Below, piece after piece: positions 11,330 through 22,205 of a stretch of DNA of 64,000 nucleotides (position 1 is its first letter; every line of letters starts with the position of its first letter). Below the pieces are notes generated by a model. That model worked only from the letters and a program-made list of their open reading frames with translations. It was not told the DNA's origin and did not search any database. The DNA lies in contig CP147780.1 in the NCBI GenBank assembly GCA_037310415.1, positions 544,001 through 608,000 of the forward strand, in the 5' to 3' direction. The stretch is from Candidatus Atabeyarchaeum deiterrae (GTDB taxonomy: Archaea; Asgardarchaeota; Atabeyarchaeia; Atabeyarchaeales; Atabeyarchaeaceae). A program made the position numbers and the translations under genes.

Positions 11330-13984
11330 TCACTTCTTGAACTTTTCACCCAGATTCTTCTTCAATATCGCATCTAAGTTGATGGCGTGTCCGTGATAGC
11401 TTTTTGACGGGTCAATACCGTCTTCTCCATACTGGAATTGAACTATTCGGCCCACTGAGGTTCTCACGGTACCGTCGTACTCAACTTTGATGTCCTGAAG
11501 CGCATTGATCAATCGCCGCTGCATGTAGCCACTAGTAGAAGTACGAACGGCTGTATCGACCAGTCCCTCTCTGCCACCCATAGCGTGGAAGAAGAACTCA
11601 ATGGGGGTTAGACCAGTGTAATAGGACGAAGACACAAAGCCTCTGGCTTCAGAGCTGAGGTCTTCTGGCTTGAAGTGTGGGAGGCTTCGCTGCTGGTAGC
11701 CACGCATTATGCGCTCTCCACGAACTGACTGTTGCCCTACACAGGCTGCCATTTGCGCCAGGTTCAGTCTATCGCCTCTAGCCCCGCTTCTCGCCATTAT
11801 GACTGCATAATTTCCCATTCCCAGATATTTGTCAGCTATGTCGCCTGCACCGTCTCTTGCTTCTGAGAGGTGTTGCATAAGTCTCATCTCAAGGGTTTCC
11901 TTAACGCTGTGACCCGGTACAGGCTCCATTTCCCCTCTTCGATAGGCTTCAATGTCTTGATCGACTTCCCTTGCTCCATCATCCAGAATTTCTCTAATCC
12001 TATTTGTAGCCTCTTCTCTAAGCCGAACATCATCTATGCCCATCGTAAACCCTTTTGCAGTTATGAACATGACGAGTAGTCGAGTGATCGAGTCGAGAAA
12101 GACTCTCGCTGCATCGTTGCCGTAACTCTTTATCATGTAGTGATAGATGCTTTCAGGAACCCCAGCGCCAAAAGCGTTCTTATCGAATACCCCAGAGATC
12201 AACTTCCCGTTCTTCACTATGCAGTAAGCATCGTAAGTGCACTCTTCTCTTTTGCAGTCCTCGCATTTGTGGCATATTTTCGCCTTCCAAGAATAACTCA
12301 AATCGTCAGGTAAGAGCATGCTGATTATCTGTTTCCCGCTCCACATATCGGGGTTTTTCAGCTCGGGTTCAGGGAGTCCCTTATTGATTCCTGCGGCGTC
12401 AATAAGGCCACACATCTCCTTGAGAGTCAAGTAGCTACCCTTCTTCGTCAGAAGGTACCCAGCGGAGATGTAGTCCTGAATACCACCTATAATAGGGCCA
12501 CCGTATCTGGGTGAGAGAATCTGTTCTTGAACACGCATCAAGGTCTTTGCTTCTGCCCGAGCTTCCTCACTCTGAGGAACATGCAGATTCATCTCGTCAC
12601 CATCGAAGTCTGCATTGTAAGGTGGACAGACACACAGATTCAGACGAAAAGTCTTGTAGGGCATGACGCGCACTTCATGAGCCATGATGGACATGCGATG
12701 AAGTGAGGGCTGTCTGTTGAAGAGCACTATATCTCCATCTTTAAGATGGCGTTCCACAACAGAACCAGGTTCGATCGCGTCTCCTATCGAGTCAAGGTCC
12801 TTAACGAATCTCAAATCTACTCTTCTGCCATCCATGCGAATGACATAGTTGGCCCCTGGATGACCCTCGGGACCATTTCTGACTAGTTTCTTTGTCTCCT
12901 CAATGTTCCAGTTTGTAACACGTTCAGGAATTGTCAGGATCTTTGCTACTTCAAGGGGCACGCCGACATCGTTGATGCTGATGTTTGGATCAGGCGAGAT
13001 AACTGTCCTAGCAGAAAAGTCGACACGTTTTCCTGAGAGGTTGCTTCTGAACCGCCCTTCTTTCCCTTTAAGACGCTGCGCCAGTGTTCTCAACGCCCGT
13101 CCTGATCTGTGCCTCGCCGGCGGTACGCCTGAAACTTCATTATCGAAGTAAGTTGTCACATGATATTGAAGCAATTCCCATAGATCCTCAACAATTAGTT
13201 GGGGTGCTCCAGCATCAATGTTCTCTTTGAGCCTCTGATTTATGCGAACTACATCGACAAGTTTGTGGGTTAGATCATCTTCCGACCTCACTCCAGACTC
13301 GAGTGTAATTGAGGGACGAACAGCAATCGGAGGAACTGGAAGAACTGTCAGAACAGTCCATTCGAGTCTAGCGCTTCTGGAGTTGACTCCCAAAAGTTTC
13401 TGATCTTCGTCGGTTATTCTTTCGAGTCTGTCCCTCACATCGCTGGAGGTGAGCCTCACTGGCCCAGCTTCTGTCTCTTCGGTGAATGATGTGGGTTTCT
13501 CAAATCCTATCTTGCGTTGGGTCTCACCACAGTGAGGGCATTGACTTACCCGTATTGCGTGTTTTACGATCTTGTCGGTGATGTCAGAGTTAAGTTCATT
13601 CCAAGTTTTCTCGTGCTCATCCATTTCTGTTCGAAGCTTCTCCAACTCGGCATCTGACATGAGAATCCGACTGCACTTTCTGCAAGTCGACCTTAATGCT
13701 TTGTATGTCAGTTTGTTGAATCCAACGTGTATGACTGGCCTTGCTAGTTCAATGTGACCAAAATGCCCTGGGCAATCACCGACGCGGTTACCACACGTCT
13801 TACATCTCCGACCTGGCTCAACTGTGCCGAGTCTGGAATCCATTAATCCAGAGTCTATCGGCAAGCCATCTTCGTCATATGTATCCGCCGTGATTATTCT
13901 GGTAACAGAGAGTTTTCTGATTTCATCCGGCGAAAGAAGACCAAATCTTATTTTCTCAATAATCTTCGGTACGCGTGACGCCAA
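11330..13984 (-). CDS. rpoA1: RNA polymerase subunit Rpo1N (A')
   Basis: catalytic NADFDGDEMN; no intein. Confidence 0.98.
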   Translation of the reverse strand: MASRVPKIIEKIRFGLLSPDEIRKLSVTRIITADTYDEDGLPIDSGLMDSRLGTVEPGRRCKTCGNRVGDCPGHFGHIELARPVIHVGFNKLTYKALRSTCRKCSRILMSDAELEKLRTEMDEHEKTWNELNSDITDKIVKHAIRVSQCPHCGETQRKIGFEKPTSFTEETEAGPVRLTSSDVRDRLERITDEDQKLLGVNSRSARLEWTVLTVLPVPPIAVRPSITLESGVRSEDDLTHKLVDVVRINQRLKENIDAGAPQLIVEDLWELLQYHVTTYFDNEVSGVPPARHRSGRALRTLAQRLKGKEGRFRSNLSGKRVDFSARTVISPDPNISINDVGVPLEVAKILTIPERVTNWNIEETKKLVRNGPEGHPGANYVIRMDGRRVDLRFVKDLDSIGDAIEPGSVVERHLKDGDIVLFNRQPSLHRMSIMAHEVRVMPYKTFRLNLCVCPPYNADFDGDEMNLHVPQSEEARAEAKTLMRVQEQILSPRYGGPIIGGIQDYISAGYLLTKKGSYLTLKEMCGLIDAAGINKGLPEPELKNPDMWSGKQIISMLLPDDLSYSWKAKICHKCEDCKREECTYDAYCIVKNGKLISGVFDKNAFGAGVPESIYHYMIKSYGNDAARVFLDSITRLLVMFITAKGFTMGIDDVRLREEATNRIREILDDGAREVDQDIEAYRRGEMEPVPGHSVKETLEMRLMQHLSEARDGAGDIADKYLGMGNYAVIMARSGARGDRLNLAQMAACVGQQSVRGERIMRGYQQRSLPHFKPEDLSSEARGFVSSSYYTGLTPIEFFFHAMGGREGLVDTAVRTSTSGYMQRRLINALQDIKVEYDGTVRTSVGRIVQFQYGEDGIDPSKSYHGHAINLDAILKKNLGEKFKK

Positions 13985-14006
13985 GTGCCTAATACACCTC
14001 TTTCGA

Positions 14007-17000
14007 TCAAGCTCTTTCCTTCAACATCAATCTCGGGGCGATTCCTAAACTTACCAGTTCCTGAAGCAGGAGTTTGAATGCGTATGACATCTCAACTCTT
14101 GAGATTCTTCCTTTATCACCACAAACTCTACAGTAATATCTGTCTCTGCTTCTATCATATGTGGCAAGCATACCGCAATTCTCGCAGACTAGAACTACGC
14201 ATTTGTCTGACTCTTCCAGCAACCTTTCCTTCAGAAGAAGCGTTGCACCGTGTCCAATTAGACAGTCTCTTTCCATCTCTCCGAACCGAAGACCGCCTTC
14301 CCTAGCGCGACCTTCAGTAGGTTGTCTGGTCAGTATCTGAACAGGACCTCTCGCCCGAGCATGCAGTTTATCAGCTACCATATGGTGAAGCTTCTGATAG
14401 TACACTACTCCTATGAACATGTCGACCTCAAACTTTTCGCCATTTACGCCACTATACATGACTTCTTTGCCATTGTACTTGTAACCGAGTTTCTGCAGTT
14501 GGTCATAGAGGTCTGATAGCTTCTCACCTGAGAAAGCTGTTCCGTCGACAACTTTTCCACCTAATGAACCGACCTTTCCGGCAATTGACTCTATGAGTTG
14601 CCCAATTGTCATTCTGGATGGGATCGCATGAGGGTTAATCACCAAGTCGGGAACGACTCCATCTTCTGTAAAAGGCATGTCTTCTTGAGGAACCAGTAGA
14701 CCGAGTACTCCTTTCTGTCCATGACGCGAAGCGAACTTGTCGCCTAGCTCCGGCACTCTCGGGTCCCGAACTTTGGTCTTTACCAAGCGGTTTCCTTCAA
14801 CCGTCTCACCGAGTATCACCGTGTCAATGATACCTGATTCCCCGTATCTCAGATTACTTGAGGTTTCTCTTCTAGTGGGGCTTGGCACTTCAAATTCCGT
14901 ATATTCCTCTAAGAAACGAGGGGGACTAGTCCTTCCTATCAATACGTCTCCGCCTTGTACGTCAGTCTCGGGTTCGATTATCCCATCTTCACTTAGGTGG
15001 CGGTAAACCTCTGCCGCGCGGTATCCTCTAACTGTTCGGTCAGGGATCTCGAAACGATCTTCCTGACCTCCTGGGTATTTTCTCTCCTCTGCTTCATAGA
15101 CACGGAAGAAGGTGGAACGAGCTAGCCCTCTTTCAACTGAGGACTTGTTCATTATTAGGGCATCTTCCATATTGTAGCCAGATAATGAGAGTATTGCCAC
15201 AACGAAGTTCTGTCCAGCGGGCCGCTTGTCGAACTGGATGGCGTCCATGGCCTTGGTTCGAACCATAGCCCTTTGAAGATAGTGAAGAATGTGGGATCGA
15301 GTATCGACTCGCAGCCGGTAGTTGGCGCCAAAAAGTCCCAATGCTTGTTTGGCCATGCCAGCTTCGTAGGTGTTTCTCGGAGACTGATTATGTTGGGGAT
15401 AGGGAATCATCGAGGCACATATGCCTAAGATAGCGGACGCCGCTATTTCCATGTAATTATGTTCGGATGTCAATGAGTCTGGTCCGATCGCCACGAACGC
15501 GTTCTCCTCTTCTTCAGCATCGAGATACTCCATAATCGCATTTCTGACGAGATCGCTGAATCTCCATTCGCGGTTTCTCAGTTTCTCGATGTGTTCGAGG
15601 GTAAGCTTTGGTCTTCCATTTTCTGCGATGATCACGGGGCGTCTAACTCTTCCTGCATCACAGTTGATTTGAATCTCACCAGATTCTCGGTAATAAGCAA
15701 TGTTTGTTTCATTGCTGATCTCCCCTCTTCTGCGGAGAAGGACTACCTGATTTCTGAATCGCTGCGGGTCATTGTGATAGCCGACCAGTCGGCCATTGAG
15801 GAATATTCTAGCTTCCTTTGCGGCATTGCTTTTTCTTGCTTCTTCGATTGACATTATCCCAAGATCTAGTATTTTCCCCTCAACTTGGCTGTCTTCAATT
15901 CCGACAGAGATGTAGGCCATCAATGCCAAGTTCTTGACGAGACCACAATTTGGTCCTTCTGGTGTCTCGCTCGGACATACTCTACCCCAGTGGGTTGGAT
16001 GAAGATCCCGCGCTTCGAAGTGGGGTTGGCTGCGACTTAGAGGCGAGATGATTCTTCTGAGGTGACTTAGTGCCGAAAGAAAGTTATTGCGGTCTAGAAG
16101 TTGGCTGACTCCAGCCTTACCGCCGACCCAGTTCCCCGTGGCAAGGGCGTGTCGCAACCTTTCCGTTATGACATCGGCTCTAACGGCAGTGTGGATACTC
16201 GGAACGCGACCACGTATCGCGTTTCTCTCAATTTGATACTTGATATCCCTGCACAAGTTAAGGAAAGCAACCCTGAATAGACTGACAAGAAGATCTCCAG
16301 CCAATTTCAATCTCTTATTGGCATAGTGGTCTTTGTCGTCAGATTCCCGTTTATGCAATGAAAGTTCGATTAAACGTTCGGCCATCTGGCCAAGATAATA
16401 CGCTTTCTTGAGTCTGGCATCTGAGCTAGTTCCGATATGTGGAAGAAGATACTTGTCGAGAATCTGTTCAGCACGCTTCTGGCGGTACTCCTTGGTCTGT
16501 CCAACGGCAACTCTGCGACCGACGTAGTCGAGGGCGTCATTCTGATCTGCTACCACATCAGCCTCGTGCAGGGTAGGAATAAGTTCGCGAACGACCTCTG
16601 GATCCTCGGAAACGGCTTCGCTTATCTGCTTATCAGTTACTAGCCCCAATGCACGAACTAGTATGGCTAATGGAATCTTACCAGGGACGGATGGAAATGA
16701 CAGACGAAGTGATCCGTCACGACGTCTCTCAAGTGTGACTGGTGCCCTGAATCCGCGGGAAGTTGAGAAAACCTTAGCTACGTGAGTATAAGCTCCTCCT
16801 GAACTCTCTTCGATCAGTATTCTATTTGAAGCCAAGTCTTCTTGTATCACGATCACTCTTTCGGAGCCATTGACTATGAAGTAGCCTCCAGGGTCGTTTG
16901 GATCTTCTCCAACCTTAATTAATTCCTCGGTCTGCATCTTGACCAGAAGACACTTGCTGGACTTCAGCATTATTGGTAGTCGGCCGATGTACTCCTTGGA

Positions 17001-17345
17001 AGGCTTGCTCTCTACTTCAATTCCTGTCCTCTCATCTTTGTGAACGAGAGTCATTTCAAGATAGACTGGTGCTGAATAAGTGAGGTTTCTGATCCGAGCT
17101 TCCATTGGGAAGATCTCTTTTGCAGACCCATCAGCTTCTTTAACAGTCGGTGCTCCAACCTCGATCTTGCCTAGCTTGATATAGTACCCTTCGATATCAG
17201 GCTCGATCTTTCCGACTTCATCAACGATTTGCTGAAGTCTATTCTCCACAAAATCGTTGTACGAATCCAAGTGCTGACGAGCTAATATTCCTTCGTTGAT
17301 GAAGGCTTGCATAACTACCCATGGGTCAAGAAACTCTTTACTCAA
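14007..17345 (-). CDS. rpoB: RNA polymerase subunit Rpo2 (B, unsplit)
   Basis: [23 protein letters not shown]; 1112 aa, no intein. Confidence 0.98.
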   Translation of the reverse strand: MSKEFLDPWVVMQAFINEGILARQHLDSYNDFVENRLQQIVDEVGKIEPDIEGYYIKLGKIEVGAPTVKEADGSAKEIFPMEARIRNLTYSAPVYLEMTLVHKDERTGIEVESKPSKEYIGRLPIMLKSSKCLLVKMQTEELIKVGEDPNDPGGYFIVNGSERVIVIQEDLASNRILIEESSGGAYTHVAKVFSTSRGFRAPVTLERRRDGSLRLSFPSVPGKIPLAILVRALGLVTDKQISEAVSEDPEVVRELIPTLHEADVVADQNDALDYVGRRVAVGQTKEYRQKRAEQILDKYLLPHIGTSSDARLKKAYYLGQMAERLIELSLHKRESDDKDHYANKRLKLAGDLLVSLFRVAFLNLCRDIKYQIERNAIRGRVPSIHTAVRADVITERLRHALATGNWVGGKAGVSQLLDRNNFLSALSHLRRIISPLSRSQPHFEARDLHPTHWGRVCPSETPEGPNCGLVKNLALMAYISVGIEDSQVEGKILDLGIMSIEEARKSNAAKEARIFLNGRLVGYHNDPQRFRNQVVLLRRRGEISNETNIAYYRESGEIQINCDAGRVRRPVIIAENGRPKLTLEHIEKLRNREWRFSDLVRNAIMEYLDAEEEENAFVAIGPDSLTSEHNYMEIAASAILGICASMIPYPQHNQSPRNTYEAGMAKQALGLFGANYRLRVDTRSHILHYLQRAMVRTKAMDAIQFDKRPAGQNFVVAILSLSGYNMEDALIMNKSSVERGLARSTFFRVYEAEERKYPGGQEDRFEIPDRTVRGYRAAEVYRHLSEDGIIEPETDVQGGDVLIGRTSPPRFLEEYTEFEVPSPTRRETSSNLRYGESGIIDTVILGETVEGNRLVKTKVRDPRVPELGDKFASRHGQKGVLGLLVPQEDMPFTEDGVVPDLVINPHAIPSRMTIGQLIESIAGKVGSLGGKVVDGTAFSGEKLSDLYDQLQKLGYKYNGKEVMYSGVNGEKFEVDMFIGVVYYQKLHHMVADKLHARARGPVQILTRQPTEGRAREGGLRFGEMERDCLIGHGATLLLKERLLEESDKCVVLVCENCGMLATYDRSRDRYYCRVCGDKGRISRVEMSYAFKLLLQELVSLGIAPRLMLKERA

Positions 17346-17376
17346 TAAGAATCAATCCCTCTTAGATTCAAGAATC

Positions 17377-17628
17377 CTAATCTCTTGGGATGTATCTATA
17401 AAAAACTGCATACTCACCTGCTGTTTCACTTTTCCTCATTATCTTCACAATGTCACCCTTTTTCGCATTTATCGCAATCATGACGGGATCATCTATTTTG
17501 ATTAGTGGAAGCCACTCTGGCTGGATGTTATACTTCTCAAGCAGTTCCTTTTTCTCTTCCTCAGTGAGAAGAATGTGCTTTGGAACAATCTCGTGCTCAA
17601 TGAGCTTCTTTGGCTCTTGTGAAGACAC
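17377..17628 (-). CDS. rpoH: RNA polymerase subunit Rpo5 (H)
   Basis: HEIVPKH, LPLIKIDDP, KGDIVKIMRKSETAG. Confidence 0.96.
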   Translation of the reverse strand: MSSQEPKKLIEHEIVPKHILLTEEEKKELLEKYNIQPEWLPLIKIDDPVMIAINAKKGDIVKIMRKSETAGEYAVFYRYIPRD

Positions 17629-17692
17629 GTCGCTAGACCTCCGTCCATATCTTCAATTGATCTATCATCAATCTCGAATCGTTGTGCAGGTG

Positions 17693-17907
17693 TGGCGGGC
17701 CCGAGGGGAATTTCGGCATATCCTCTTGTAATATGCTATCGAACCCCCGGCCACCGGGTTTCATTACGCTACCCTTGGATGGTTTGTTCTCTCTGGCATT
17801 AGTCGACGTTTAAAAGCCTCACCCTCTGAGGAGCAGTTCACTCCTCTAGAGTCCGGCGCTATAGGCAGACACTGTTTCTTCCTTCTACCTGACTGAGCTA
17901 CGGGCCC
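17693..17907 (-). tRNA. tRNA-Lys(UUU) interrupted by four introns (22/23, 30/31, 37/38, 59/60), CCA encoded
   Basis: Removing 17861-17884, 17818-17852, 17760-17810 and 17710-17737 gives a canonical 77-nt cloverleaf; each intron has BHB geometry. Confidence 0.9.
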
Positions 17908-18034
17908 AAGCAGGCCTCATACACCTGTATTGTCTATGGATAAAATGAATTCCTTATATTCTTTTCTCCTCTTTGGGCGTCTCATTCTTCGAAGCTTCAT
18001 GACCAAAAAGACGACCTCGTCTTACCTTCTCAGG

Positions 18035-18889
18035 TCAGTCTCGGATTGCTTTCCTGATAAGTGGTTCTATCTCCCACCAAGGCGCGATTCTCTTGACGAG
18101 AGGTTCACCGTTTATGCATACTCCCCTGCTCAGTCCACGTTCTAGAACAACTTGCCTATCGTCCGTATTGATGAAGTTTGCTTCAACCTTGTATTTCCCA
18201 ATGTTTCTTCTGACTTCGTCGGCTGACCAACCTGACCATAGACACTGGCTGTTGAAGTAGATGTCCACGACAGGCTTGCCACTTCCCTTGTACTTCTTAC
18301 ATTGCGGGTGAACTAGCTCCGGCTTCTCATTCGAGCCGGTATTCAGGTGGAGAAGCACTCGGCTTCCATCTCGATCAACGTCTTTGAAGCCCATCTTTCT
18401 AAACTGTGCCGCGGGCAAATATGCATAACCTCCGAGCCATTTATCGCCGTCGTAGGCTAGGATACTTACTCCTCCATAGTTTTTTCCCATTTCGACAGCT
18501 CTTTGCACGAGAGCCCTCGCCACACCGTGGCGCCAAAATGGTCTGAGAACCCACATGCAATTTATGAAAAGTGATCCGTTTCCTCTGACAGGCTCCAGAG
18601 CATGCTCGATTGGAACGTACTCTATCAGTCCCACCGGGAAGTTGCCGAGTGTTATGGTTTCCTTGAATTTTGCGTCTTTTTCGCCGAGCAACTCAATTGC
18701 CTTTGAGGAATCTTCGAGCGCAACCGAGATCCGTAATCCTTTCGCCATCATATTTCTAATCCACATTCTTCTGGTTTCCATTGGAGCTTCTAGGGCTTTT
18801 CTCCATTCGCGCGGAATATCTGGCTCATAGCATATTGCCTTAACATAGTCGAGTTCGTTGGGCGAAACCTCTTTGACTAGAATGGCTAT
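18035..18889 (-). CDS. GNAT acetyltransferase with C-terminal thioredoxin-like (YoaP-type) domain
   Basis: INCMWV...WRHGVARALV GNAT motif, QCLW C-domain; frame extends to an ATA at 18889 behind GGAGG. Confidence 0.8.
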   Translation of the reverse strand: MAILVKEVSPNELDYVKAICYEPDIPREWRKALEAPMETRRMWIRNMMAKGLRISVALEDSSKAIELLGEKDAKFKETITLGNFPVGLIEYVPIEHALEPVRGNGSLFINCMWVLRPFWRHGVARALVQRAVEMGKNYGGVSILAYDGDKWLGGYAYLPAAQFRKMGFKDVDRDGSRVLLHLNTGSNEKPELVHPQCKKYKGSGKPVVDIYFNSQCLWSGWSADEVRRNIGKYKVEANFINTDDRQVVLERGLSRGVCINGEPLVKRIAPWWEIEPLIRKAIRD

Positions 18890-19007
18890 ACTTCCTCCTG
18901 GCCTCTGATCGTGCAGTAATTCATTAACTACTGTCCGCTATAAAAGCCTAGTCGAACTTCGGCAGCCCCAACCCAATAATAACGATGTCTACAATCCTCA
19001 GACATTA

Positions 19008-19061
19008 CAAAAAAGGGCTTGTGGGTCTGTAAACGGGCATATTTGGGGTTCTAGTCTTTTC
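19008..19061. repeat. intergenic ~60-bp repeat, copy R1
   Basis: CAAAAAAGGGCTTGTGGGTCTGTAAACGGGCATATTTGGGGTTCTAGTCTTTTC aligns to R2-R4. Confidence 0.7.
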
Positions 19062-19502
19062 CCTAGCTCATTTTGCCCGTAATGGTACGGTTGCCAATAT
19101 GACCAACCGTCAGGCAGCGCGCGGAGTTGAGACGATATGCCTTCGTCCAAGATCCGCTATTGGAAGAATCCTCCGAAGCACAGAGCTAGGTCAAGGGACA
19201 GTTATCAGAGGCATAGACAGCATCTCACAAGGTATGCCAAGGCGCAACCTGCTTTGAAATCCACTTGAGTAACCATAACCTAGAGATGTTAGCTCGCACT
19301 AAGAGTATCCCTAAGGAAGAGGATACCGAAGAATACCATAGAAAAGCGTCTCATTCTCTTGTGCGTGCCCAAATCATCGACCGTAAAGAATATGTAAGTA
19401 GTCTTTGATATCACTTGGTGAAGTGCGCTGAAGCAAAGCTTAAGAAAGCCATCGAGACCATATACATCCTGACGGCGCACTAGGAGGGGCGGCGCGCGCG
19501 AG

Positions 19503-20366
19503 GTGACGATTGTGGTCTCCAAAAAACGGAGAATTGTGATCCCCACCCTTGCAGTTGGGTTAATAGTGGTTTTAGGTGTGGTCATAGCGCCCCTCGCACT
19601 CTATCCTAAGTGCGACATTGCTGGTCCGTATTATCACAAAATCTACTCTGCCACCTCGGTCAATGGTTTAAGTTGGACGGTCAATAATACCGTGATTTTT
19701 GATCATGCGTCTGTTCCTGGGGCCGTGTATTTCAACAGCAAGCTCTATCTCTATTTTGTTAATGCGGAGTGTGGTGAGAAATTGAGTGTGGCTATCAGCG
19801 ATAATTACGGTAATAGCTTTGCGGTGTATGACGTAGCGATTTCAGGGTCGAATAGCCCGCGTCCCGTCGATCCGAACCCAATAGTCGATGGCGGGCTAAT
19901 ACGGCTCACCTATCTCGGGAACTTAGGAGGAGACCCGGCTAATATTGTCACCGCCCACTCGTCCGATGGTATTAATTTTGTCGAAGATGCAATCCTATTC
20001 AGTGAAACCAGCATCACAGATCCGGATCTATTTCATTACAGCCCAAGTGAGTGGATTCTGTTCGTTGATCAAGGGAGCACTTTGTTAAAAGCCAATGGAA
20101 CTTCCATATCAACGCCGCTTGTGAAAGATAGCACCTTTAATTTTGCAGGCATACTGTGTTCGACACACTACATTAATAGCAAATTTCACACCTATTATCT
20201 CGGATCAAAAGGGATCTCAGTGGCGGAATATAATAGCAGCGGTTTGACAGTTCTAGCGGAAGATCTGATTACAGGATTTACCGGATTCATCGGAGATCCC
20301 ACCGTAGTAGTGTTTGGTCCTGGCAATTATCTCATGTATTTTAAGCAAACCGATATCCCACCGTAG
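19503..20366 (+). CDS. membrane-anchored beta-propeller protein (glycoside hydrolase/sialidase-like)
   Basis: N-terminal TM helix, repeated SxDG/Asp-box-like and DP motifs (SVNGLSW, SDNYGNSF, SSDGINF, GDPTVV). Confidence 0.6.
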   Translation: MTIVVSKKRRIVIPTLAVGLIVVLGVVIAPLALYPKCDIAGPYYHKIYSATSVNGLSWTVNNTVIFDHASVPGAVYFNSKLYLYFVNAECGEKLSVAISDNYGNSFAVYDVAISGSNSPRPVDPNPIVDGGLIRLTYLGNLGGDPANIVTAHSSDGINFVEDAILFSETSITDPDLFHYSPSEWILFVDQGSTLLKANGTSISTPLVKDSTFNFAGILCSTHYINSKFHTYYLGSKGISVAEYNSSGLTVLAEDLITGFTGFIGDPTVVVFGPGNYLMYFKQTDIPP

Positions 20367-20658
20367 TAGTATAGTTGTTAATATACTACCATATGTATTA
20401 GCAACTCTAATAGTATCGGTAACTAAACACCACCAACCAACCGTTTGTCTTGAATTAGCCCCTGCACCACTTCTTCGAGATCCAGCTTAGATGATTGAGA
20501 GTTCTTGTCCATGCCGAGTCTTCTACCTGATTCGGAGGCGTCATCCAGAAATCTGGGTCATTTACTGATAACCTGCTTTCCGTCAAAAGAGTCTTGTCTT
20601 TACCTGAAATAAGCAAAAGCTCGAGAACTGCTTGCTGCGAAATCGTCAAGTGCGCCTA

Positions 20659-20720
20659 TCGTCAAAAAAGAGGCTGCACGTCTCTAACCACACATATTTG
20701 TGGTTTTAGTTTTTTCTGTG
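20659..20720. repeat. intergenic ~60-bp repeat, copy R2
   Basis: TCGTCAAAAAAGAGGCTGCACGTCTCTAACCACACATATTTGTGGTTTTAGTTTTTTCTGTG. Confidence 0.78.
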
Positions 20721-20928
20721 AGCCCGAAAATGCTGATTTACAGACCTCCTGTTCTTCAACACTTCCGCAACTGTGAAAGCGATCTTCCTCATGAACTCCG
20801 AGTTCCCCGCACTTTCCAAGTGCTTTTGGGTTGAACTCGAAACTCCTAGCCTTGGCAAACTTGACCTAAATACACGTGAGAAATGGAAGCGAGTGCTTGC
20901 GTGACCCCGCATCGATCGTATCCTTACG

Positions 20929-21132
20929 TCACAAGCTCCGTTGGTTCTTGAGTATTTCTGAGTGCAGTTTTCCACCAGTCGCCCAATTAGTCTTGGGAGT
21001 CTCGTAGATGATAACGTGAACAGCGTCTCTGGGGACGCCCAAATCTTCAAGCACCTTCGTCATTCCCTCAGCTATCTTCCTCTTGCTGTCTTCAGCCATG
21101 CCAGCCCACATCGTAACTTGTACCAAGGGCAA
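20929..21132 (-). CDS. 4-oxalocrotonate tautomerase family protein
   Basis: Pro-1 (MPLVQV), KRKIAEGMT, NWATGG. Confidence 0.92.
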   Translation of the reverse strand: MPLVQVTMWAGMAEDSKRKIAEGMTKVLEDLGVPRDAVHVIIYETPKTNWATGGKLHSEILKNQRSL

Positions 21133-21222
21133 TCTAAAGACCTCAAGTTGATATCACCTTTCCAGCATATTAATGCAATCCCCTAGCATCTTGCGGCGCC
21201 TACATATGTCTGTTCATTCATA

Positions 21223-21867
21223 GTGTTAGCTGCAATAGAGTTGATTGTAGTGGCAGACAAGGAGCGCATTGTAAGGAAGGGTTATGATGAGATAGCCCAA
21301 GGTTACCACATTACTAGAAGCAAATTTGATCATGGAAAGGAATTGATGGAATTTGTCGCTCTGCTACCTAAGAATGCCAAGGTCTTGGATGCAGGTTGCG
21401 GTGATGGAGTTCCTGTTGCTGCATTCTTGGTGGAATGTGGTTTTGATGTGACAGGGATTGATTTCTCCGAGGAAATGCTCAAGCTTGCAAGAAAGAATGT
21501 GCCAAAAGCTGCATTCATCAAACAGGATATGAGTAAACTGGATTTTGCAGTCAACTCCTTTGATGGCTTGACTGCTTTCTACTCCATCATTCACGTACCA
21601 AGAGAAAAGCACTTCTCGTTGTTTGAGAGTTTCCATAGAATATTGAAGCCTAAGGGAATAATGTTTGTCTGTATGGGTGCAGATGAATGGGAAGCAACTG
21701 ATGAGTATCTGGGGACAACAATGTTCTGGAGTCAATACAACCCTGAGAAATCTTTGCACCTTGTGAAAATTGCTGGTTTTGAAATAATCTCCGACCAGAT
21801 TCTGATTAGAGGTGGAGAAAAACACTACTGGATTATGGCCAAGAACAAGAAATATCATGAAACGTGA
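21223..21867 (+). CDS. class I SAM-dependent methyltransferase
   Basis: VLDAGCGDG, GIDFSEEML, ILKPKG. Confidence 0.92.
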   Translation: MLAAIELIVVADKERIVRKGYDEIAQGYHITRSKFDHGKELMEFVALLPKNAKVLDAGCGDGVPVAAFLVECGFDVTGIDFSEEMLKLARKNVPKAAFIKQDMSKLDFAVNSFDGLTAFYSIIHVPREKHFSLFESFHRILKPKGIMFVCMGADEWEATDEYLGTTMFWSQYNPEKSLHLVKIAGFEIISDQILIRGGEKHYWIMAKNKKYHET

Positions 21868-22016
21868 AGTAGAGAACGCAACTTGACACTGAGCAAACTA
21901 CCACGCATAGACTGCGAATATCGTTTTCCGTCGCAGACGCGCTTATAGTGTCTTGGCCGAGTTCCCGTGAGTCTACTTGAACATGCTTGTTTCATTGGTA
22001 ACTTCTGTTTGAGTCT

Positions 22017-22082
22017 GGTCGCCAAAAAAAGGGGACTGTAGGTCTCTAAGCACACATGTTTGGGATCCTAGTTTTTTCTGTG
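22017..22082. repeat. intergenic ~60-bp repeat, copy R3
   Basis: GGTCGCCAAAAAAAGGGGACTGTAGGTCTCTAAGCACACATGTTTGGGATCCTAGTTTTTTCTGTG. Confidence 0.8.
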
Positions 22083-22205
22083 TTCGCGAACTTGCGTTCT
22101 CACGTACTCCTCTCTCTCCATTACCTCATTACCGACAGGGCAAACGGTCGGGGCGGCGTACCGTCGTTTTCTCTGTGAACTCTCCTTAAGAACAAGCACA
22201 AATCA

